Shown: piece by piece, positions 55,798 to 63,587 of the stretch
Layout of the letters: every line of letters begins with the position of its first letter
Numbering within the stretch: the stretch's first letter is position 1
Position numbers and translations under genes: made by a program
Notes under the pieces: model-generated
Database searches by the model: none
Told to the model about the DNA's origin: nothing
The model's input: only the letters and a program-made list of their open reading frames with translations
From: Thermoanaerobaculia bacterium
GTDB taxonomy: Bacteria > Acidobacteriota > Thermoanaerobaculia > UBA5066
NCBI GenBank assembly: GCA_963719225.1
Contig: CAVRAY010000001.1
Span: 800,001-864,000, forward strand
Reading direction: 5' to 3'
DNA: 64,000 bases

Positions 55798-56196
55798 TCA
55801 AACCCAGGAATGGACGGAAAGCAACCCGCTCCCGAGGATGAGGCGCAGGTCGCGATCCCGGGCCAGGACGGCACAGCCGTTCTCGTCGGCCAGGACGGCG
55901 ACCAGGCAGTCGATCGTCGAGCGCACGGTCACACCACGCCGGCGAAGCGAACGGTAGAGCTCGGCAGCCTTGAGATAGGCCGAGAGGCCGGAGGCCTCGA
56001 GGAGCGTCATCTTCCGGAAGAACTCCTCCAGCGCCTCGCGCTCGCGCCGGATCCCCTGGAAGACCTCGGCGACGACGATTCCACAGGTGCAGACGTCGTC
56101 CTCGCCCGCGAGGAGGCGGTCCACGGCGACGGCCTCCGGAGACTTCGTCCCGTTCAGGAACTCGACCCACGCCGATGTGTCGACGAGCACCCTCAC
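55798..56196 (-). CDS. vapC: PIN-domain toxin (VapC family)
   Basis: VLVDTSAWVE, AEVFQG, STIDCLVA and DRD. Confidence 0.92.
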   Translation of the reverse strand: MRVLVDTSAWVEFLNGTKSPEAVAVDRLLAGEDDVCTCGIVVAEVFQGIRREREALEEFFRKMTLLEASGLSAYLKAAELYRSLRRRGVTVRSTIDCLVAVLADENGCAVLARDRDLRLILGSGLLSVHSWV

Positions 56197-56399
56197 GACG
56201 GCCGGGGCCGCCTCTTGCGGAGCGCGTCGAGGTCGCCCTGCCAGCCGACCTTGCCCGCGAGCTTCCGCAGGCCGCGCAGCGCGCGCCGGCGCGCGTAATC
56301 TCGTAGCGCGTCATTGATCACGGCCGTCTTCGTCTTTCCAGGGTCGGCTTCCAGCGCCGCCGCGAGCGCCTCGTCGTCGATGTTCAAGGTCGTCCGCAT
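56193..56399 (-). CDS. vapB: VapB-type antitoxin (DUF2191/RHH-like)
   Basis: MRTTLNIDDE...TKTAVINDALR...W.GDLDALR; overlaps the vapC start. Confidence 0.88.
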   Translation of the reverse strand: MRTTLNIDDEALAAALEADPGKTKTAVINDALRDYARRRALRGLRKLAGKVGWQGDLDALRKRRPRPS

Positions 56400-56400
56400 G

Positions 56401-56424
56401 ATCTGCCTCGTGATGCAGATTCTA
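56401..56424 (-). promoter_or_regulatory. vapBC -10 box with putative autorepression operator
   Basis: TAGAAT (56424-56419) overlapping the inverted repeat ATCTGC-N8-GCAGAT. Confidence 0.55.
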
Positions 56425-56690
56425 CTACGACTGGATCTGTATATAGATGGTCTGGTTGCAAGCCGGCGTGAGGATAAGATCGCACCCCGTGAATAGTGAG
56501 AGATCCGGCGCCCGCCAGCTCCTCGCTAGGAGGAAGGCGTTTTCCAAGAAGAAGTTCCGTAACCTCGGGGCGAAGCTGAATAGGCTCGGCGCCTCACCAC
56601 GGTTTGATTCAGTCCCGAGCTCAGGGAAGCTGACACTGGCCCTGTGCGCTCCAGCAGTGACTGAGGCTCTACCGCGACTCGGGCCCGTGC

Positions 56691-58418
56691 TTACAGCACC
56701 GTCTCGCGGACGACTTCCTCGATCGAGGTCATGCCGTCCTTGATCTTCTGGAGGCCCGAGCGCCTGAGGGAGACCATGCCCTCCTCCAGGCCCTTCCGCT
56801 TGATCTCGATGGAGGACGCGCCGGAAAGGATGAGCTCCCGGATCTCCTCCGAGATCTCCAGCACCTCGACGAGGGCGACGCGGCCCTTGTAGCCGGTGTT
56901 GTTGCACTTCTCGCAGCCCTTGCCCTTCATGACCTGGATGGCTTTCGCGTCCTCGGCCGTGAAGCCGAGCGACACGAGGACCTGCGGGGCGACTTCCGTG
57001 GGCGCCTTGCAGGCCGCGCACACGCGCCGGATGAGGCGCTGCGCCGCGATGAGGACGACGGACGTCGCGACGAGGTACGGCTCGATCCCCATGTTCATGA
57101 GGCGGTTGATCGTGGAGGGCGCGTCGTTCGTATGAAGGGTCGACAGGACGAGGTGGCCCGTCAAGGCCGCCTTGACGGCGATCTCGGCTGTCTCGAAGTC
57201 CCGGATCTCGCCGACGAGGATGATGTTCGGGTCCTGCCTCAGGAACGACCGCAGCGCGGCCGCGAAGTTCAGCCCGATCTGGTCCTTCATCTGGACCTGG
57301 TTGATCCCCGGCAGGTTGAACTCGACGGGATCCTCGGCCGTGATGATGTTCGTCTCGGGCGTGTTGATCCGAGAGAGGGCGGAGTAGAGGGTGTTCGTCT
57401 TGCCCGAGCCCGTGGGCCCCGTCACGAGGACCATTCCCCACGGGCGCAGAATGGCCTTCTCGAACTTGAGGAGGCTGTCCTTCTCGAACCCCAGCTTCGT
57501 CATGTCGAGCATGAGGTTGTCCTTGTCGAGGAGGCGGCAGACGATCTTCTCGCCGAAGAGAGTCGGAAGGACCGAAACGCGGTAGTCGAGCTCCTTCACC
57601 TTGCCCGTGAGCTTCATCTTGATCTTGATGCGCCCGTCCTGCGGGAGGCGCTTCTCGGCGATGTCGAGCTTCGCGAGGATCTTGATACGCGAGGCGATGG
57701 CCTCCTTGAGCTTCGGAGGCGGGTTCATGACCTCGTACAGGATTCCGTCGATGCGGTAACGCACGCGGTATTCGCGCTCGTAGGGCTCGATGTGGATGTC
57801 CGAAGCCCCCCGCTTGATGGCGTCCGTGAGGATGATGTTCACGAGCCGGATGACGGGGGCTTCCTCGCCCTCGTCGACGAGCTTCTCGAGGTCGATCGTC
57901 TCTTGCTCGGACTCCTCGACGACCTCGAGGGAGGTGTCGGCAGTATCCGTGACCGACATCTCCTCCATGACCTTCTTCAGCTCGAGGGCATGGGTCGCGC
58001 CGTAATGCTTGTCGATCGCGAGCGAGAGCGCCGCCTCGGACGCCACGACAGGCTCGACGTTGTATCCCGTCATGAACTTGATGTCGTCCATGGCGAAGAC
58101 GTTCGTCGGGTCGGCCATCGCGATCGTGATCGTCGCGCCGGTCTTGTTGACGGGAAGGATGTTGTACTTGCGTGCGACATCGGCGGCGACGAGCTTGAGG
58201 ACGGCGGGGTCGATCTCGAAATGCGAGAGGTTGATCGAGGGAACGCCGAACTGGGCCGAGAGCGTCTCCGTGATGTCGTCTTCCGTGATGTAGCCGAGCT
58301 TGACGAGGGCCTCTCCGAGCTTCATCCCCGAGGACTGAACCTCCTTGAGCGCTTCCTGGAGCTGCTCGTTCGAGATGAGCTTCGACTTGACGAGGAGGTC
58401 CCCGAGCTTGACGGCCAT
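56691..58418 (-). CDS. pilB: Type IV pilus assembly ATPase
   Basis: MshEN-like N-terminus, ASDIHIEP, RLPQDGR, GPTGSGKT, LRQDPN, TGHLVLSTLHTN and a CxxC pair. Confidence 0.96.
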   Translation of the reverse strand: MAVKLGDLLVKSKLISNEQLQEALKEVQSSGMKLGEALVKLGYITEDDITETLSAQFGVPSINLSHFEIDPAVLKLVAADVARKYNILPVNKTGATITIAMADPTNVFAMDDIKFMTGYNVEPVVASEAALSLAIDKHYGATHALELKKVMEEMSVTDTADTSLEVVEESEQETIDLEKLVDEGEEAPVIRLVNIILTDAIKRGASDIHIEPYEREYRVRYRIDGILYEVMNPPPKLKEAIASRIKILAKLDIAEKRLPQDGRIKIKMKLTGKVKELDYRVSVLPTLFGEKIVCRLLDKDNLMLDMTKLGFEKDSLLKFEKAILRPWGMVLVTGPTGSGKTNTLYSALSRINTPETNIITAEDPVEFNLPGINQVQMKDQIGLNFAAALRSFLRQDPNIILVGEIRDFETAEIAVKAALTGHLVLSTLHTNDAPSTINRLMNMGIEPYLVATSVVLIAAQRLIRRVCAACKAPTEVAPQVLVSLGFTAEDAKAIQVMKGKGCEKCNNTGYKGRVALVEVLEISEEIRELILSGASSIEIKRKGLEEGMVSLRRSGLQKIKDGMTSIEEVVRETVL

Positions 58419-58435
58419 GCAGCGATTCTAGCTTT

Positions 58436-59317
58436 TCAGGGCGCGGCCGGCCGATCGCGATGTGGTTTTGCGCCGCCCACGATCTTCCGGAGGCGCGCCG
58501 TAACCGAGCCGATCGGCATCACCGTCTTGGCCATGACGGGGAGGCGCCGCTCGTCGGCCGAGAACCAGAGAAAGAGCTTTCCGCGGTTGCGGTCCTCGGC
58601 CGTCTCGTTTTCCCGGAGCTGGGGCTGCACCTTGAACGCTTCGAACGTGCCGGCCTCGGTCTCGACTCTCTCTTTCTCGAGGATCGAGGCCTTGAGCTTG
58701 TAGATTTTCCCACGCGAGAACATGTCGAGGCGGACGTCCTGACCCACGGCGAGCGGCTGCGTACGCAGGAAGTAGAAGGAGGAAATGATGTCCTGGACCC
58801 GCTCGGGCAACGGGGTCCGGTCCTCCCGCCAGCTGCCGATCCGACGCGTGAGGTCGAACTCCTCGACCTCGTCGGACTCGTAGCGCCCTTCACGCGCGTG
58901 CTTCTCGAAGCGAAGGGGCTGGAAGTCGCGCGCATCCACCCACGTCTCGTAGAGGTCGCGCACGGGGTAGAACTTCGAGACGTAGTCGTTCGAGGTGGCG
59001 ACGAGGGCGATCCGGTGAACGGGCACGCCGTCCGTCGAGGTCTCGCGCGAAGTCCTGAGCGTCATCTCGCCGCCCTCGATCTTCAGCCACGCGATCGTAT
59101 AGACGAGGGTCTCGCCGTCGCCGAAGGGCACGGGATAAAGCCGGTCCCTCGAGAGCGACTCGCGCGCCGCGGAGATCGCGGGGCTTTTCTCGACGGTCCC
59201 GGAGGCGCGGCCGCCCAGGAGGACGGCGACCGCCCAGGCGGCCGCGAGAACGGCGGCCGCGCTGCGCGCGCGCGCGGTCTTACGCGCGGAGACGGCGGGT
59301 GGCTTCATGAACGGCAT
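58436..59317 (-). CDS. DUF3108-like exported protein
   Basis: GETLVY.I.W...G, DIISSFYFLR, ETEAGTF, LWFSADERRLPV and IGSV. Confidence 0.75.
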   Translation of the reverse strand: MPFMKPPAVSARKTARARSAAAVLAAAWAVAVLLGGRASGTVEKSPAISAARESLSRDRLYPVPFGDGETLVYTIAWLKIEGGEMTLRTSRETSTDGVPVHRIALVATSNDYVSKFYPVRDLYETWVDARDFQPLRFEKHAREGRYESDEVEEFDLTRRIGSWREDRTPLPERVQDIISSFYFLRTQPLAVGQDVRLDMFSRGKIYKLKASILEKERVETEAGTFEAFKVQPQLRENETAEDRNRGKLFLWFSADERRLPVMAKTVMPIGSVTARLRKIVGGAKPHRDRPAAP

Positions 59318-60323
59318 CGGCAGGCCATCCCGGCCTGGAACGATTGTAGTCCGCGGGAGATTCCCGGAGCGTCGCCGCCCGGGGCCCGATCGGGCCGAAG
59401 CGTTCGACGGACGTCGGGCCGAAGAGGACGAGCGTCGGCGTGCCCGACGCGGCCGCGAGGTGCGTCGGTCCCGTATCGGCGCCGACGAAAAGCGCCGCGC
59501 GCGACGCGAGTCGGGCGGTGGAGGCGGGGGTCGTGGCGGGGGCGAGGAGAAGAGGAAGACTTGAGGAAGAGGGAGAGGAAGAGAAGATTTTCTTAGAAAG
59601 GGTAAGAAGCGAATCTGCCCGGCCCTTTTCTTCCGGCCCCCAGCGGAGCACGGGCTGGATGCCTTCGGAGGAGAGCCGCTCGGAAAACGCCACGACGTCA
59701 GCCGCTGCCCATTCCTTGTTACCCTTCGAAGAAAAAGGCTGTAACACCGCGAACCTGCGCTCGCCCATCTGCTCCAGCCAGGAATCGACCGCGGGATCTT
59801 CTCTCTCGACCAGATGCTTCACGTCCGGCGTCCTCTCGAATCCCGTCTTTCCCGTCACGTGCTCGGCGAGCGCGAGCATCCGGTCGGCGACGTGCGGGCG
59901 TGAGGTGCGGTCGACGTCGATGTGCTCGTCCGTGAAAAGACAGTTGATCCGCTCGGTCGCCGTCTTCCACCCGAAGCCGACCTTGCGCGGCGCGCCCCGC
60001 GCCGCCAGCGTCACGAGCGCCGATTTGAACAGGCCCTGCGCATCGACGACGAGATCGAACGGGGTCTTTTCCCCTCTTACCCTTCTCAGAAATTCCGAAA
60101 TCCCCTCTCTCGTCTTCGTGGCGCGCCAGGCGCGCCGCCACCCGCGCGTGTCGACGGGCAGAACGTCGTCCACGTACGGTGCGCCGGTCACGAGTTGCGC
60201 CAGCGGTGGCTCGATCGCCCACGTGAGTTGCGCGCCGGAGAGAGCGGTCTCGAGCGCCTTCGCCGCGGGAAGCGCGAAGACGACGTCGCCGAAGGACGAG
60301 AGGCGCACGAAGAGGATCCGCAT
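59280..60323 (-). CDS. waaC: Lipopolysaccharide heptosyltransferase I (GT9)
   Basis: VRLSSFGDV, DAQGLFKSA, ADTGPTHLAAA and LFGPT. Confidence 0.9.
   Translation of the reverse strand: MRILFVRLSSFGDVVFALPAAKALETALSGAQLTWAIEPPLAQLVTGAPYVDDVLPVDTRGWRRAWRATKTREGISEFLRRVRGEKTPFDLVVDAQGLFKSALVTLAARGAPRKVGFGWKTATERINCLFTDEHIDVDRTSRPHVADRMLALAEHVTGKTGFERTPDVKHLVEREDPAVDSWLEQMGERRFAVLQPFSSKGNKEWAAADVVAFSERLSSEGIQPVLRWGPEEKGRADSLLTLSKKIFSSSPSSSSLPLLLAPATTPASTARLASRAALFVGADTGPTHLAAASGTPTLVLFGPTSVERFGPIGPRAATLRESPADYNRSRPGWPADAVHEATRRLRA
59581..60093. repeat. Three copies of the dispersed motif inside waaC
   Basis: GAGAAGATTTTCTTAGAAAGGGTAAGAAG (59581-59609); inverted TTACCCTTCGAAGAAAAA (59719-59736) and CCCTCTTACCCTTCTCAGAAAT (60072-60093). 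Confidence 0.75.
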
Positions 60324-60366
60324 CCGGCTGGCGCAACCTTAGCAGCCGTTGGGCTATCCTTGGATC

Positions 60367-60948
60367 GTGCTCGAGTCTCCGGTGCTCGTTCTGAATCGCG
60401 GTTTCGCCGCCCTGACGCTGACGGACGTCAAGCGGACGTTCACGCTGTTCTACAAGGGGCACGTGCGCGCCGTGCTGCCCGACTACACGACCTACGCCTG
60501 GAACGAGTGGCAGGACATTCCGGTTCAGCCCGAGGACGACGTCGTCACCACTCCGAACCTCGTCATCCGGGTGCCGCGCGTGATCCAGCTTCTCTCCTGC
60601 GAGCGCTCCCCCCGCAACGAGGTGAAATTCTCGCGGCACAACATCTACATGCGCGACGGCAACCGATGCCAGTACTGCGGCAAGCGGTATTCCACGTCGG
60701 ATCTCTCGCTCGATCACGTGATTCCGCTGTCGCGCGGGGGCCCCTCCAACTGGGACAACATCGTCTGCGCCTGCCTTCCGTGCAACGTCAAGAAGGGCAA
60801 TCGCCTGCCCGAGGAGGCCGGCATGAAGCTGAGGCGCGTCCCGGGCAAGCCGCGGGGCACGCCGCTCGGCCTCCTGTCGCCGCACCGGATACACCCGACC
60901 TGGAAGAACTTCTTGGACGTGGCGTACTGGAACGTCGAGCTGAAATAG
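60367..60948 (+). CDS. HNH endonuclease (McrA-like)
   Basis: VLVLN, PRVI, RDGNRCQYCG, DHVIPLSRGG and CLPCN..KG; GTG 60367 preferred over TTG 60349. Confidence 0.92.
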   Translation: MLESPVLVLNRGFAALTLTDVKRTFTLFYKGHVRAVLPDYTTYAWNEWQDIPVQPEDDVVTTPNLVIRVPRVIQLLSCERSPRNEVKFSRHNIYMRDGNRCQYCGKRYSTSDLSLDHVIPLSRGGPSNWDNIVCACLPCNVKKGNRLPEEAGMKLRRVPGKPRGTPLGLLSPHRIHPTWKNFLDVAYWNVELK

Positions 60949-60986
60949 GGCGCGTTTCCGGTGATGTCTGGGTTTGGGTCAGGCCG

Positions 60987-61114
60987 TTTTTCTTGGAAGG
61001 TGAAGAGGGCGGGACCCACGCTTCCGGGATTGCCGGTGCACGGAAAGGTGCAGACTCGCCCGGGAACGAATGTGCGGCTCGAGCGCGAATCATCCCTTAA
61101 ACCATTCTAAGAAA
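60987..61114. repeat. Intergenic convergent pair of the dispersed motif
   Basis: TTTTTCTTGGAAGGTGAAGAGGG (60987-61009) and ACCATTCTAAGAAA (61101-61114). Confidence 0.7.
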
Positions 61115-61226
61115 GCAAGTTATCGTGCTGCGAAGGCTATCGTCGTTGGGTGGCAGGCGGGTTGCGCTATCCGTCCCGTCGGTAGCCCCCGAACCGGCCA
61201 CAGAAACAGGGGAATGGAGAAAAAAG

Positions 61227-61517
61227 ATGAAGAAGACCCTTTCCGCTCTCGTTGCTGTCGCCGTTCTTTCGCTGGGCGTTGCCTTCGCTGACGAGACGAA
61301 GGCCACGACGAAGTCCGAGGCCAAGACGACGACGAACGCCATCACGGGCGCCACGACCGAGAAGTCCTCGACAGAGGCCTCGACGGCTACGACGATGGGC
61401 AAGAAGACCGTGAAGAAGACCCACAAGAAGACCACCAAGAAGAGCGGCGCCACCAAGGAAAAGACGAAGACCGAGACGACCACGGCGACGACGCCCACCG
61501 CGCCCGCCACGAAGTAA
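61227..61517 (+). CDS. Small secreted Thr/Lys-rich low-complexity protein
   Basis: SD GGAG, signal peptide MKKTLSALVAVAVLSLGVAFA, own terminator. Confidence 0.85.
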   Translation: MKKTLSALVAVAVLSLGVAFADETKATTKSEAKTTTNAITGATTEKSSTEASTATTMGKKTVKKTHKKTTKKSGATKEKTKTETTTATTPTAPATK

Positions 61518-61543
61518 GCTTCAAAAAAACAGCTTCGAGCTTC

Positions 61544-61577
61544 AACGCCCGGGCCTCGTGCCCGGGCGTTTTTTTTT
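61544..61577 (+). terminator. Intrinsic terminator
   Basis: AACGCCCGGGC-ctcgt-GCCCGGGCGTT running into a T9 tract. Confidence 0.9.
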
Positions 61578-61579
61578 CG

Positions 61580-61700
61580 CTCAGTCGACTCTCCATCGGT
61601 TGTGAAGCCACAGCCGCTCTCCGGGGGCAGGCTCCGCGTGCCCCCGGACCCCCTGAGTTACGGCCTCAGTCGACTCTCCATCGGTTGTGAAGCCACAGCC
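61580..61700. repeat. 36-bp perfect direct repeat (lpxL 3' end) flanking a 49-bp hairpin-containing insert
   Basis: CTCAGTCGACTCTCCATCGGTTGTGAAGCCACAGCC at 61580-61615 and 61665-61700. Confidence 0.92.
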
Positions 61701-62559
61701 ACTGTTCCGGGTTACGGCGGATCATCTGTTCCAGAATCCCGTTGAGGCGGGCGGTGAGCTTTTCCACTCCGCGTTCCGATTCGGGGAGCGTGCGGACGTC
61801 CAATGCAGGTTCGTAGGTCAGACGCCAGCGTGCCGGCGCGATGCGGATCGCCGCCGTCGGGACGACGAGGGCCTCCGTGCGGTCCACGAGCTTCGCGAGC
61901 GCCGAAGAGGTCGCCGCCGGCTGGCCGAAGAACGGCGCCGTGACGGCATCCGGCGGGCGCGCGTGCTGATCGTTGAGGATGCCGATCGCGGCGCCCGCGC
62001 GGAGGGAACGCAGCATTTCCCGCGCCGCGTCCCGCTTTCCGATGACGGAGTTCCCGTTGGACGTGCGCAGTCGCGTGAGCCGGGCATCGAGCAGCGGGTT
62101 GTCGAGCGGGCGGGCGATGACGCGCACAGGGATGCCGAGGGCGCCGGTGCCGAGAGCGGCCCACTCCCAATTTCCGAGGTGCGCGGTGAGGAGGAAGACC
62201 CCGCGCCCGCTGGCAAAAGCCTCGCGCGCGTACTCGGCCCCCTGCGTCTCGATGCGCGCGAGAGCGTCCTCGGGCCCGTGGCCGCTGGAGTGGAGGAGCT
62301 CGGCCGCGACGCCTCCGAAGTGCTCGAAAACGCGCACCGCGAGGGCCTCGATCCCGGCTGCGGGAAGCTCGGGAAAGGCGCGCGCGAGGTTTGCACGAGC
62401 GAGCGCGCGGCGCTTGACGTCGAGCCTGAGGTAGAGGCGGCCGAGAGCACGGCCGAATCCCTCCGCCGCCTCGGGTGTCATTCTTGCCAACAGGGCGCCC
62501 GCGGCGCCCGCGGCGAGCGCCTCGAGTCGATTCCGGGCCGCCGTGCGCTGTTTCGGCAT
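61666..62559 (-). CDS. lpxL: Lipid A late acyltransferase (LpxL/HtrB family)
   Basis: TAHLGNWE, RPLDNP, LNDQ, FFG and PEQWLWLHNRW. Confidence 0.9.
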   Translation of the reverse strand: MPKQRTAARNRLEALAAGAAGALLARMTPEAAEGFGRALGRLYLRLDVKRRALARANLARAFPELPAAGIEALAVRVFEHFGGVAAELLHSSGHGPEDALARIETQGAEYAREAFASGRGVFLLTAHLGNWEWAALGTGALGIPVRVIARPLDNPLLDARLTRLRTSNGNSVIGKRDAAREMLRSLRAGAAIGILNDQHARPPDAVTAPFFGQPAATSSALAKLVDRTEALVVPTAAIRIAPARWRLTYEPALDVRTLPESERGVEKLTARLNGILEQMIRRNPEQWLWLHNRWRVD

Positions 62560-62564
62560 CGGAC

Positions 62565-63587
62565 TCAGGAGGGCGGCCGTGCGAGACGCGTGAGCGCGTC
62601 CGAGACGAAACCGGGTTCCGTGACCGCCATCTCGACGGCGACGCGGTAGAGAGGAAGCCTCAGGCGTCCCTCCAGCTTGACGGCGTCCTTCTCGGTCGTG
62701 ATGACGGCGGTCGCCCCGGATTCCTCGGCCGCGCGCTCGATCCTTCCGAGAGCGAAGGGCGCATACGGGTCGTGGTCTCGAAACGTCTCGATGCCGGCGG
62801 GGGCGATGCCGAGCGAAGCCAGCGTCTCGAAGAACGCGTTCGGGCGCGCGAGGCCCGCGACGGCGACGAGAGTCTCACCCGGAAGGTCCTCGGGGCGGAC
62901 TTCTTCTCCGGCGTCGTCGTGAATGCCGAGGACGCGGGTCGTCGCGTGGTAGACGGGTGCGCCGGGCGCCCATCGCGCCGCAAGACCGCGTGCGCGGGCG
63001 GAATCCGCCTGTTCGCACTTCGTGACGACGACGAGGTCCGCTCTCTCGAGGGACGACAGCGGTTCGCGCAGGCCTCCTCGGGGCAGGAGCGCGCCTCCCG
63101 CGTCGGGCGCCGTCGCGTCGAGGAGCACGACGTCGAGGTCGCGCGCGAGGGCGACGTGGGAGAAGCCGTCGTCGAGGAGATGAAGGGCGACGTCGGGCAC
63201 GAGCGCCTCGACGCGCCGCGCGGCGGCGATGCGGTTGCGGTCAGCCACGATGGGGACGCGTGGAAGAGCGCGGGCGAGGACCGCCGCTTCATCTCCGGAA
63301 TCGCGAACCGAGGCGACGAGGCCGGCGCCGTCCGAGACGACGACCGCCCGGCGCGTCGCCCGGCCGTAGCCGCGCGTGAGAACGGAGGGGCGGATCTCGC
63401 GGCCGAGAAGCTCCCCGGCGAGCCACCGCACGAATGGAGTCTTCCCCGTACCTCCGGCAGCGAGGTTCCCGACGGAGAGAACCGGACGTCCGGCGCGGCG
63501 AACGCGAAAAAGGCCGCGACGATATGCGGCGAGGCGCGCGGACACGGCGGTTCCGTAGAGAGCCGCGAGCGGCGAGAGGAAGCTCAC
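62565..63587 (-). CDS. lpxK: Tetraacyldisaccharide 4'-kinase
   Basis: SVGNLAAGGTGKTP, TRGYG, GDE, LDDGFSH and LPRGGLRE. Confidence 0.95.
   Translation of the reverse strand: MSFLSPLAALYGTAVSARLAAYRRGLFRVRRAGRPVLSVGNLAAGGTGKTPFVRWLAGELLGREIRPSVLTRGYGRATRRAVVVSDGAGLVASVRDSGDEAAVLARALPRVPIVADRNRIAAARRVEALVPDVALHLLDDGFSHVALARDLDVVLLDATAPDAGGALLPRGGLREPLSSLERADLVVVTKCEQADSARARGLAARWAPGAPVYHATTRVLGIHDDAGEEVRPEDLPGETLVAVAGLARPNAFFETLASLGIAPAGIETFRDHDPYAPFALGRIERAAEESGATAVITTEKDAVKLEGRLRLPLYRVAVEMAVTEPGFVSDALTRLARPPS

Noticed and set aside
60367-60948. HNH nuclease as an IscB/Cas9-like or mobile-element nuclease
   Set aside because: It is a short stand-alone McrA-like protein with no RuvC motifs, element ends or associated array
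1531-61114. The dispersed motif as terminal inverted repeats of one MITE or IS family
   Set aside because: The intervals between pairs differ in length and sequence and include host-like coding sequence; no target duplications or transposase were seen. Kept only as a minor alternative
61580-61700. Repeat-spacer-repeat with 36-bp repeats as a minimal CRISPR array
   Set aside because: There are only two copies, the repeat is the coding 3' end of lpxL (WLWLHNRWRVD*), and no cas genes are present
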